From assembly GCA_049516635.1 (NCBI GenBank), contig JBEKSX010000010.1, positions 6,541 through 70,540 of the forward strand: a DNA stretch of 64,000 nt, written 5' to 3'. The stretch is from Ignavibacteria bacterium. GTDB taxonomy: Bacteria > Bacteroidota > Ignavibacteria > Tepidaquicellales > OLB5. This document shows positions 56,728-64,000 of this stretch, piece after piece (position 1 is the first letter of the stretch; each line of letters starts with the position of its first letter). The notes beneath the pieces were generated by a model, which ran no database searches, had not been told where the DNA came from, and worked only from the letters and a program-made list of their open reading frames with translations. Position numbers and translations under genes: made by a program.

Positions 56728-58563
56728 ATGGAAAAAACAGCACAAGTTCTTAAAAGCGCTGTTATCAGATTCGCAGGCGATTCGGGGGATGGAATGCAGC
56801 TTACAGGTACACAATTTACCCAGACTGCAGCAGAGCTTGGAAATGACCTGAGCACTCTTCCGGATTATCCAGCCGAGATCAGGGCTCCTGCCGGAACACT
56901 ATTCGGAGTAAGCGGATTCCAGATACAATTCAGCAGCACAGACATTCATTCGCCGGGTGACGAACCCGACGTTCTGGTTGCTATGAATCCTGCTGCACTC
57001 AAAGTAAACCTTAAAGACCTGAAGAAGGGCGGAATGATTATTGCAAACGTAGATTCATTCAACAAAAAGAATCTCGAGCTTGCCAAATTTGAGACCAATC
57101 CCCTTGAGGATGGAACACTTGACGGATACAGGGTTTATGATGTTCCCATTACAAAGTCTACTACATTAGCACTTCAGGACAGCGGTTTGAACATGAAGGA
57201 AATTACCCGTTGCAAGAATTTCTTTGCACTTGGCATCATGTACTGGATGTTTAACAGAACAATGGACCAAACCATCGACTGGATCACCAAAAGATTTAAG
57301 AACAATCCCCAGCTTAGAGATGCAAATATTAAAGCTATGAAAGCCGGTTATAATTTCGGCGATACAGCCGAGATATTTACATCAAGGTTCGAGGTCAAGC
57401 CCGCCAAGCTTGAAAAAGGTACTTACAGAAACATCAACGGTAATGAAGCGGCAGCGCTCGGCATGATAGCGGCTTCACAAAAGAGCGGGCTTCCGTTATT
57501 TCTCGGTTCATATCCCATTACTCCGGCAAGCGAGATACTGCATGAACTTTCTAAATATAAGAACTATAACGTCAGGACCTTCCAGGCAGAAGACGAGATA
57601 GCCGGAATATGTGCTGCGATAGGCGCATCTTTCGGTGGAGCTTTAGGTCTAACAACCACAAGCGGTCCCGGCCTGGCACTGAAGACCGAAGCCATCGGTC
57701 TTGCTGTGATGGTTGAGCTTCCGCTCGTTATTGCCAATATACAGCGCGGAGGACCCAGCACAGGTCTGCCCACAAAAATGGAGCAGGCGGATCTGCTTCA
57801 GTCTGTCATGGGACGAAACGGTGAATGTCCCGTTCCGGTCGTAGCGGCGTGCACCCCGTCTGATTGTTTCTATATGATATACGAAGCAGCACGCATTGCA
57901 ATAAAATATATGACTCCTGTGATCTTCCTCTCCGACGGATATCTTGCAAACGGTTCCGAACCATGGAAAGTCCCGCATGCCGGTGAGCTTGCGGAAATCC
58001 CGGTCAAGTTCAGAACAGATCCGGAAGGATTTATGCCTTACTTGAGAGATGAAAACCTTTCACGTCCGTGGGCTATTCCCGGGACACCGGGGCTGGAGCA
58101 CAGGATAGGCGGCCTTGAAAAAGAAAATATTACAGGAAATGTCTGCTACATTCCCGAAAACCACGAATTGATGGTCAAATTGCGGGACCAGAAAGTGAAG
58201 AACGTAGCGAACGATATACCACCTGCAGCAGTTGACGGACCGCAGGAAGGTGAACTCCTTGTGGTCGGCTGGGGAAGCACATACGGCTCCATTACAGCAG
58301 CAAGAGAAAACCTGCAGTCAAAGGGATATAATTTCTCCCAGCTTCATCTAAGATATTTGAATCCATTCCCGAAAAACCTTGGAGAAGTTTTGAAAAGATT
58401 CAAACACATTCTCGTTGCAGAGATGAACCTGGGACAGCTTGCAAAATTGCTGAGAATGGAATATCTCATCGACTGTCTCCAGCTTAATAAAGTGCAGGGG
58501 CTGCCATTCAAAGCTTACGAAATAGAAAAGAAAGTTTTAGAAATCTTAACAGGCAAAAAATAA
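56728..58563 (+). CDS. korA: 2-oxoglutarate/2-oxoacid:ferredoxin oxidoreductase subunit alpha
   Basis: 611 aa with IRFAGDSGDGMQLTG, GSYPITPASEIL, LTTTSGPGLALK and IANIQRGGPSTGLPTK. It starts 4 nt after the rplI stop. Confidence 0.9.
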   Translation: MEKTAQVLKSAVIRFAGDSGDGMQLTGTQFTQTAAELGNDLSTLPDYPAEIRAPAGTLFGVSGFQIQFSSTDIHSPGDEPDVLVAMNPAALKVNLKDLKKGGMIIANVDSFNKKNLELAKFETNPLEDGTLDGYRVYDVPITKSTTLALQDSGLNMKEITRCKNFFALGIMYWMFNRTMDQTIDWITKRFKNNPQLRDANIKAMKAGYNFGDTAEIFTSRFEVKPAKLEKGTYRNINGNEAAALGMIAASQKSGLPLFLGSYPITPASEILHELSKYKNYNVRTFQAEDEIAGICAAIGASFGGALGLTTTSGPGLALKTEAIGLAVMVELPLVIANIQRGGPSTGLPTKMEQADLLQSVMGRNGECPVPVVAACTPSDCFYMIYEAARIAIKYMTPVIFLSDGYLANGSEPWKVPHAGELAEIPVKFRTDPEGFMPYLRDENLSRPWAIPGTPGLEHRIGGLEKENITGNVCYIPENHELMVKLRDQKVKNVANDIPPAAVDGPQEGELLVVGWGSTYGSITAARENLQSKGYNFSQLHLRYLNPFPKNLGEVLKRFKHILVAEMNLGQLAKLLRMEYLIDCLQLNKVQGLPFKAYEIEKKVLEILTGKK

Positions 58564-58565
58564 CA

Positions 58566-59606
58566 ATGTCTCCAGAAGAAAACAAAAATATTTCAGAGAT
58601 CAACAAAGTACTTTCAGCTAAAGATTTTTCTTCAGACCAGGACGTACGATGGTGTCCGGGCTGCGGTGATTATTCCATATTGGCGCAGGTCCAAAGGGTA
58701 ATGCCTTCGCTGAATATACCCAGGGAAAAAATAGTGTTTGTAGCCGGTATCGGATGTTCAAGCAGATTCCCCTATTACATGAACACTTACGGCTTCCACG
58801 GGATACACGGCAGGGCAACCGCGATTGCTTCCGGCTTAAAAATGGCGCGTCCCGACCTTTCGGTCTGGATTGCTACCGGTGACGGCGACCTGCTCAGCAT
58901 TGGGGGCAATCATTATATGCACCTGATGAGAAGGAACGTGGACGTGAACATTTTATTGTTCAATAATAAGATATACGGTCTTACTAAAGGACAATATTCC
59001 CCCACATCCGAGCACGGCAAGATCACGAAATCCACGCCGATGGGAGCTATCGATCACCCGGTATATCCAGTTTCACTTTCACTAGGGGCAAACGGCACAT
59101 TTGTTGCAAGAACGATAGACCGCGAACCGAAACACATGCAGGAAATTATTCTACGGGGAAGCCGTCACAAGGGTACGTCTTTTATCGAAATATATCAGAA
59201 CTGCAATATTTTCAATGACGGCGCATATGACAATCTAACCGAAAAGGATACAAAAGCAGATAATGTTCTCGTACTTGAACACGGAAAACCACTCGTATTC
59301 GGTAAAGAAAATGACAAAGGTATTAAGCTTGACGGGTTCAAACCGATAGTCATTTCACTTAATGACGGGAAATATTCCATCAATGACGTACTGGTCCATG
59401 ATGAAAAATCAAGAGAGCTAGCGTTCATATTGTCCGAGCTGACCGAATACAAAGGCTTCCCGACACCGATAGGGGTATTTCTGGATATAGAAAGATCCAC
59501 CTATGAAACCGAAATGGCACAGCAAATAGAAACCTCAATTGCAAAGAACGGCAAAGGCGACCTGGAAAAATTGCTGTATAGCGGTAATACCTGGAATATT
59601 AATTAA
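58566..59606 (+). CDS. korB: 2-oxoglutarate/2-oxoacid:ferredoxin oxidoreductase subunit beta
   Basis: 346 aa with RWCPGCGDYSIL and ATGDGDLLSIGGNH (TPP-binding GDG). Confidence 0.9.
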   Translation: MSPEENKNISEINKVLSAKDFSSDQDVRWCPGCGDYSILAQVQRVMPSLNIPREKIVFVAGIGCSSRFPYYMNTYGFHGIHGRATAIASGLKMARPDLSVWIATGDGDLLSIGGNHYMHLMRRNVDVNILLFNNKIYGLTKGQYSPTSEHGKITKSTPMGAIDHPVYPVSLSLGANGTFVARTIDREPKHMQEIILRGSRHKGTSFIEIYQNCNIFNDGAYDNLTEKDTKADNVLVLEHGKPLVFGKENDKGIKLDGFKPIVISLNDGKYSINDVLVHDEKSRELAFILSELTEYKGFPTPIGVFLDIERSTYETEMAQQIETSIAKNGKGDLEKLLYSGNTWNIN

Positions 59607-59629
59607 AAATTTTATCTTACTTATACAAA

Positions 59630-59662
59630 AGGATTGCTTGTGAAAGCAATCCTTTTTTTTTA
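59630..59662. terminator. Intrinsic (potentially bidirectional) terminator between convergent korB and the ECF operon
   Basis: AGGATTGCTT (59630-59639), loop GTGA, AAGCAATCCT (59644-59653), then T9. An A-run lies upstream. Confidence 0.75.
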
Positions 59663-59682
59663 TATAATATTAAATTTTCTTT

Positions 59683-60159
59683 TTAGCTTCGCGAGGTTTT
59701 TAGTCTTCCCTTCAAAAAAATTCTATCAGCAACTAGATACAGAGCGAATATCAATAAAAAAGATAATAGTATACTCAGAGTTTTAGGTGTGGCGGAAAGT
59801 CCGAGATAATTCAAAATACCCATAGAGAATGATTTTATGTAACCGACAAACTGCTGGACATAATTAGATGACGTTTCGATGGTCGGCTGAATCCTTACGC
59901 TTGTTGTTTCTATTTTCGAATTAACTTCCCCGCCTGAAAGATAACCGATGATAATTGTAACAAAAAGTGTAAGTGAAATAAATGTGCCGATAATATATTT
60001 TGCTATCCTATCCCTCTTAAGCTCTTCTATAGCGGTCTTATTTTCTGCAGCCACTCTTTCCATCAGAACGCTCGTAAAATTTGCAGATGTAATGTAGACG
60101 GAAGACCTGCGAAGTGCATTATCAATATATTCTTCTATTTTCTTGCTGTTATCCGGCAT
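59683..60159 (-). CDS. Two-TM membrane protein downstream of the ECF sigma factor (possible anti-sigma factor)
   Basis: 158 aa with a cytoplasmic N-terminal ~55 aa followed by TM helices. The role is suggested only by its position directly after the sigma gene; I saw no zinc-finger anti-sigma motif. Confidence 0.4.
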   Translation of the reverse strand: MPDNSKKIEEYIDNALRRSSVYITSANFTSVLMERVAAENKTAIEELKRDRIAKYIIGTFISLTLFVTIIIGYLSGGEVNSKIETTSVRIQPTIETSSNYVQQFVGYIKSFSMGILNYLGLSATPKTLSILLSFLLIFALYLVADRIFLKGRLKTSRS

Positions 60160-60185
60160 TTTTTATACAATGTGTTAAAATTTGT

Positions 60186-60833
60186 TTAAAATGCGTAAAT
60201 AAATTCCATAAGGCTTTCCTGAGAATAAACCTCTGTTATAATTTCTTTCAGCTTTTCTTTAGCCCTGAAGATTCTGTTCTTTACAGTACCCAGGGGTAAT
60301 CCAAGGGTTTCGGATATCTCATCATGCGAAAGATCGTTAATATAAAATAGTGTAAGAATAACCGAATATTTTTCAGGCAGCTTACCGAGATATTCGTTAA
60401 TCAATTCCCTTATCTCAATGTCCATAGCACTTTTATCCGTACGATAAATATCGCTTACTCCGTACCTGTTCCTGTCTATTTTCATTTCGTTAAATGAGAT
60501 ATCATCTTTCCCGCTGTCACCGGAAACATCGTCCATTCTTATCAGGTTATAAGTTTTCGTTTTAAGCTTTTTATAATTATCGAGTGCGGTATTGTAAACT
60601 ATCCGGTAAAAATATGTCGAAAACTTCGAACGCTCTTCGAACTGACCCTCGATGATCGCTCTGAAAGCTTTGATGAATGCTTCCTGCAATGAGTCTTCTG
60701 CTTCCTCCCTGTTCTTAAGTATTCTCATTGTCAGGGTCATAGCTTTATCCTTATATTTTTCGACGATCTGTTCAAATACATTAAATTCACCATTTTTTAT
60801 TTTCCTGATTATATTCAGCTCAAGGTCATACAT
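60186..60833 (-). CDS. ECF-type RNA polymerase sigma-70 family factor
   Basis: Start placed at ATG 60833 (MYDLELNIIRKIKNGEFNVFEQIVEKYKDKAM...). Region 2: EDSLQEAFIKAF, FSTYFYRIVYNTALD. Region 4: LSHDEISETLGLPLGTVKNRIFRAKEKL. The linker between regions 2 and 4 is unusually long (~50 aa). Confidence 0.8.
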   Translation of the reverse strand: MYDLELNIIRKIKNGEFNVFEQIVEKYKDKAMTLTMRILKNREEAEDSLQEAFIKAFRAIIEGQFEERSKFSTYFYRIVYNTALDNYKKLKTKTYNLIRMDDVSGDSGKDDISFNEMKIDRNRYGVSDIYRTDKSAMDIEIRELINEYLGKLPEKYSVILTLFYINDLSHDEISETLGLPLGTVKNRIFRAKEKLKEIITEVYSQESLMEFIYAF

Positions 60834-60922
60834 GCATGATTCGATTTTTTTTATGGGTGCCGGATGCCTATTTTCACTAAATATAAACAAAAAACTTATT
60901 ACTAAAATTATATTAAGAACAC

Positions 60923-61708
60923 TTACCTGCTCGTCAGGCTAATTTTACCGTTCGTCACATCTATTTTCATCACTGGTTCGGGATTTACTATATAACCCTT
61001 AAATGACTTCTTTTCAGCCTGTACATTAGTAAACTGGAGATTTTCATTAGTGATCTTTCCGTTGGTAACATCCGCATCGACCGTACCGGTGAATGACTTG
61101 CTTAAGCCAAGCTTAACACTTCCGTTCACTACCGAGATGTTCATTCCCCTGGTTGAATCAAGGCTTCCCTCAAGAGTACCGTTTGTAATATCAACTGTCC
61201 CTTTACCGCTAAAGCGTTCAGCTTTCACATTGCCGTTTGTCACATCTAATTCAGCTGTGCTGCTGAAACCGGTCATGTTTATATCTCCATTAGTATTGTC
61301 AATTGAAATATCCATATTCGGAGGAACAATTAGCTCGTAATTAATTCGTACCGCGGATAGTGAAAAACTGATGAAGTTTTTTCCTTTATGGATTTCGCTG
61401 GAGATATTTATACGGTCCCCCGATGTATCGATGTTTATTTCGATATAATCGAGCGGTTTATCAAGGTCATTTTTTCTTACCCTATCTATCTTAATTGCTT
61501 TCACAACCAAAACGCGGGCAGAATCACTCTTTACCAGACTTATATTACCGTTCGAATTCTCAAGAGATACTTTCGTTTTTCCTGTTGTATTAACCTGGTA
61601 CTTAACCGTATCTTTTTTTTCATATTTCTTCATGAACGCACTGCATCCCGGTAAAACAAGAGATAAAATTATGAATACCATTATGGATAAAACTATTTTC
61701 GATTTCAT
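60923..61708 (-). CDS. DUF4097-like beta-strand repeat lipoprotein
   Basis: Start placed at ATG 61708 (MKSKIVLSIMVFIILSLVLPGC lipobox). The track start would overlap the upstream gene. Repeated xTNGxI/V strands: NTNGDINM, VTNGNVKA, ITNGTLEG, VVNGSVKL, VTNGKITN, VTNGKISL. Confidence 0.65.
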   Translation of the reverse strand: MKSKIVLSIMVFIILSLVLPGCSAFMKKYEKKDTVKYQVNTTGKTKVSLENSNGNISLVKSDSARVLVVKAIKIDRVRKNDLDKPLDYIEINIDTSGDRINISSEIHKGKNFISFSLSAVRINYELIVPPNMDISIDNTNGDINMTGFSSTAELDVTNGNVKAERFSGKGTVDITNGTLEGSLDSTRGMNISVVNGSVKLGLSKSFTGTVDADVTNGKITNENLQFTNVQAEKKSFKGYIVNPEPVMKIDVTNGKISLTSR

Positions 61709-61721
61709 TATACTACCCCTT

Positions 61722-62135
61722 TCAATTTTGTTTGGGCGTAGTGTCCTGGACGGTGGAGGTAATTGAATTTCCATTCATTTTCCTCCTTACGATGAGGTAA
61801 TATAATAGAAATCCCGCACCGCCTGCAAGAAGCAATACAGCTATCGTTATATCATCTTCCATATCGTACACATTTTCAAGTATCTTAGCAATTAAGAAGC
61901 CAGCCCCAAGGAAAGCAAGAAGAATACCCCATTTCAGAGTCCTGTAAGGCGAGTAAGTCCTTTTGCTGCTATCGGTGAAATAAGCTTTCAACTCTTCTGC
62001 AGATAGCCCTTTCTCTATTAATCTCATCCTCTCCTTATGCTTGCTTTGAATGGCCCAGAATATTAATATGCCCGGTATCCCAAAGGTAAAAATGATTGCT
62101 ATCACAGGGATCATATTTTCAATGACTTTATCCAT
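61722..62135 (-). CDS. Small membrane protein (DUF6249-like), first gene of the ECF operon
   Basis: 137 aa with an N-terminal TM helix, then KHKERMRLIEKGLSAEELKAYF, then two more TM helices. Confidence 0.5.
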   Translation of the reverse strand: MDKVIENMIPVIAIIFTFGIPGILIFWAIQSKHKERMRLIEKGLSAEELKAYFTDSSKRTYSPYRTLKWGILLAFLGAGFLIAKILENVYDMEDDITIAVLLLAGGAGFLLYYLIVRRKMNGNSITSTVQDTTPKQN

Positions 62136-62626
62136 TTTGTATTTCTCCTTCTATTGTGCCTGTTCCTGTTAAATAACAAGCTTTTTGATGTTTTGGAACG
62201 AATTTTAATTCTTTTTCTATTTGTTTTGACTATAGTTTAAAAAAAAGGTTTCAAATAGAGCTGCCGGAATAATTCCATCTAAATAGCATAAATCATAGAA
62301 AATCCCCATTATGATAATCCTTAGGGGAAAGGTGTGATTGTCAGATTTATTCAAACCATAAAATATAAATGATCAAAGAATATACTCAGATTGCCAGAAC
62401 ACAACCCGATTATGCAAAGAAGGAACTGCGTATACTAGGTTACAATTTTTTACATCTATCATTAAAAAATTTAAAATAATTTTTGTTATTATACGAAAAC
62501 AGCACAACTCAATTTTGCTGAAGTAATTTAAAATAAGTTTTAACTATCTTAACAAGGTAATATGGACTTTAAAATACCAATTTTTTTTATTTTATTTGAA
62601 AGTCTATATAAGTAAGAAAACTGATA

Positions 62627-62974
62627 TTGCCCGAATCCTATAAACAAAATAAGTCCGGAGTGAGAGCTATTAAGTTACTTTCAATAATATCATTGCTATT
62701 ATTGAGCGTCCTGTATTTGTACTGCAATGGTCCTTTCCCCTCACAGACTAAATCCGATGTTCCTTCAGACCATACCATTTCAAAAAACGGCGTATTACAT
62801 AAGCCCGGTGAAACAAACCCGCAGGAAGAATGTACCGAATGCCACGGAGCGGATCTGAGGGGCGGTGTTTACAATGATAATGGCGTTTTAAAAGCATGCC
62901 AATCGTGCTATCAGTGCCATAGTTCTCTATGGAAAGGACGCGGAGGCGGTGATATGAATTTTTTTAAACGCTAA
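62627..62974 (+). CDS. Small exported di-heme c-type cytochrome
   Basis: 115 aa (TTG start in the track; GTG at 62660 after GGAG is possible). Hydrophobic signal ending LYLYCNG. Two CxxCH motifs (CTECH, CYQCH). Confidence 0.6.
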   Translation: MPESYKQNKSGVRAIKLLSIISLLLLSVLYLYCNGPFPSQTKSDVPSDHTISKNGVLHKPGETNPQEECTECHGADLRGGVYNDNGVLKACQSCYQCHSSLWKGRGGGDMNFFKR

Positions 62975-62979
62975 AGCAT

Positions 62980-63483
62980 ATGAAAATTTACAGATCGATA
63001 TTTTTTCTCCTGCTTTTTCTTATGTTACATAAGAACGGATTTTCACAGGAAACCGGCAAACCTTTTCTTGATTTCACAGCGGTGACAACCGCAGGACAGC
63101 AAATGAAGCTTACCGACCTGACAGGTAAAGTGATCTTTCTCGACTTCTGGGCGAGCTGGTGCAAACCCTGCAAAGAAGAATTCCCTTACCTAATAAAACT
63201 CTACAGTGACTATAAGGACAGTGGTTTTGTTGTGGTTGCAGTGAATGTCGATACCGATAGGGACAAGCTTGATAAATTTATAAATAACCTGGGCACCGAT
63301 GTACCATTCACCGTAGTGATTGATAAAGAAGGCAAAATACCGGACCTGTATAAGCTTGATGCGATGCCTACATCTTTTGTGATAGATAAAAAAGGTATAA
63401 TAAGATACAGGCATACAGGATTTGAATTATCCGATAAAGAAACCTATTCAAAAGAGATCCCGGAGCTGCTGAACCAAAATTAA
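62980..63483 (+). CDS. TlpA/ResA-like periplasmic thiol-disulfide oxidoreductase
   Basis: 167 aa with a signal peptide. Motifs: VIFLDFWASWCKPCKEEFP and MPTSFVIDKKGIIR. Confidence 0.85.
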   Translation: MKIYRSIFFLLLFLMLHKNGFSQETGKPFLDFTAVTTAGQQMKLTDLTGKVIFLDFWASWCKPCKEEFPYLIKLYSDYKDSGFVVVAVNVDTDRDKLDKFINNLGTDVPFTVVIDKEGKIPDLYKLDAMPTSFVIDKKGIIRYRHTGFELSDKETYSKEIPELLNQN

Positions 63484-63493
63484 TTTATTTTCA

Positions 63494-63715
63494 ATGAAGA
63501 TCATAAAATATATATTCATACTGCTAGCATTGTTTTCGATCGTTTTTTCCGGGTGCACAACCGTGCAGCCCTGGGAACGCGAGCGTCTTTCCGATCCCAA
63601 TATGATATTCGACGAGAACCCCATCCAGAAAGGGATATACGAACATTATATAAACATACGCGAAGGATCCGAAGGGGGTGACGGTTCGCAAAGCGGCGGG
63701 TGCGGGTGTGGGTAG
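63494..63715 (+). CDS. DUF4266-like small lipoprotein with a Gly/Cys C-terminal tail
   Basis: 73 aa. Lipobox VFSGC, then TTVQPWERERLSDPNMIF, ending ...GGDGSQSGGCGCG. Confidence 0.6.
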   Translation: MKIIKYIFILLALFSIVFSGCTTVQPWERERLSDPNMIFDENPIQKGIYEHYINIREGSEGGDGSQSGGCGCG

Positions 63716-64000
63716 AGCGATATTTTTTATTTTCATATTTTCAATCATCTTATTCGGTAATTCCCGCGCACAGGATCAACCCGCGGAAGAGCTTCAGATA
63801 GATTTTAATTCATATTTCGATAACTTCAATGTCGATGTGTTCTTCCCTTCTATAAGCATTAATAAAAACATATCCAAAACAACAAGCATTACCGGAAGAT
63901 ACATGACGGATATAATTAGCGCGGCTTCGATGAAGAGTACCTTCATTGTGGACGGTGTTACTTCAGCAACAACGAAGCACGTAGGCGGCGGTGACAATAC
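63708..64000 (+). CDS. DUF3570-like exported protein, N-terminal fragment (runs off window)
   Basis: Own translation from GTG 63708, overlapping the upstream stop by 8 nt: VGRAIFFIFIFSIILFGNSRAQDQPAEELQIDFNSYFDNFNVDVFFPSISINKNISKTTSITGRYMTDIISAASMKSTFIVDGVTSATTKHVGGGDN. It is open to the window end. The start codon is uncertain. Confidence 0.45.
   Translation, partial: MGRAIFFIFIFSIILFGNSRAQDQPAEELQIDFNSYFDNFNVDVFFPSISINKNISKTTSITGRYMTDIISAASMKSTFIVDGVTSATTKHVGGGDN

Noticed and set aside
62195-62220. ECF-type GGAAC -35 element for the sigma operon
   Set aside because: The motif is on the plus strand, pointing away from the minus-strand ECF operon, and lies about 430 nt from the next plus-strand gene. 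No matching -10 element is evident.
63794-63997. 67-aa minus-strand ORF at the window end
   Set aside because: It is antisense to the open plus-strand frame, which has a signal peptide and fits the cluster context.
1-64000. Prophage, integrative element or classical defence island
   Set aside because: I recognised no integrase, transposase, phage structural, restriction-modification, toxin-antitoxin or nuclease/helicase defence signatures in any ORF. The accessory character of the window comes from the ars operon, the glycan genes, the T9SS cargo paralogs and the short repeats.

Overview
This 64-kb window is bacterial chromosome with uneven GC. Sampled 60-nt lines run from about 17-30% GC in one glycan locus to about 50% in the kor genes. 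I support about 62 protein-coding genes. I saw no rRNA, tRNA, CRISPR array, transposase or integrase. Five proteins end in a type IX secretion (T9SS) C-terminal sorting domain (NYPNPFNP...G-x-YFY...KKM-x-LLK). Genes carry Shine-Dalgarno sites and TTGACA/TATATT-like promoters. By inference only, this suggests an FCB-group, Ignavibacteria-like organism. Housekeeping content: a yggS-divIVA-PNP-PNP block, amt, ribD-ribE-yjbQ, uvrA, rpsF-ssb-rplI-korAB, a two-component system with an LTXXQ protein, and an ECF sigma operon. Accessory content: an arsR-arsM-CMD-arsC-acr3 arsenic operon, a GT4-fusion/GH130 pair, several T9SS cargo paralogs, and a low-GC convergent glycan-modification locus at 36.4-43.2 kb. 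That locus combines a GT-C transferase, galE, a membrane-anchored GT2, a methyltransferase, an SDR, and a GMC-type flavoprotein with an embedded CX2CX2CX3CP motif. I consider it the best candidate for an undescribed pathway. Other notable items: (1) a 1.2-kb non-coding island (24.9-26.1 kb) packed with several families of hairpin repeats, which has replaced the end of a T9SS sorting domain; (2) copies of one of those repeat families at five loci (six units) in the window; (3) a nearly identical CTD-coding segment shared by two otherwise diverged tandem paralogs; (4) a 48-codon remnant of a BNR-CTD gene; (5) a cytochrome c / TlpA / DUF4266 / DUF3570-like cluster cut by the window edge. All family names come from motif recognition by eye and recollection. 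No database search was run.
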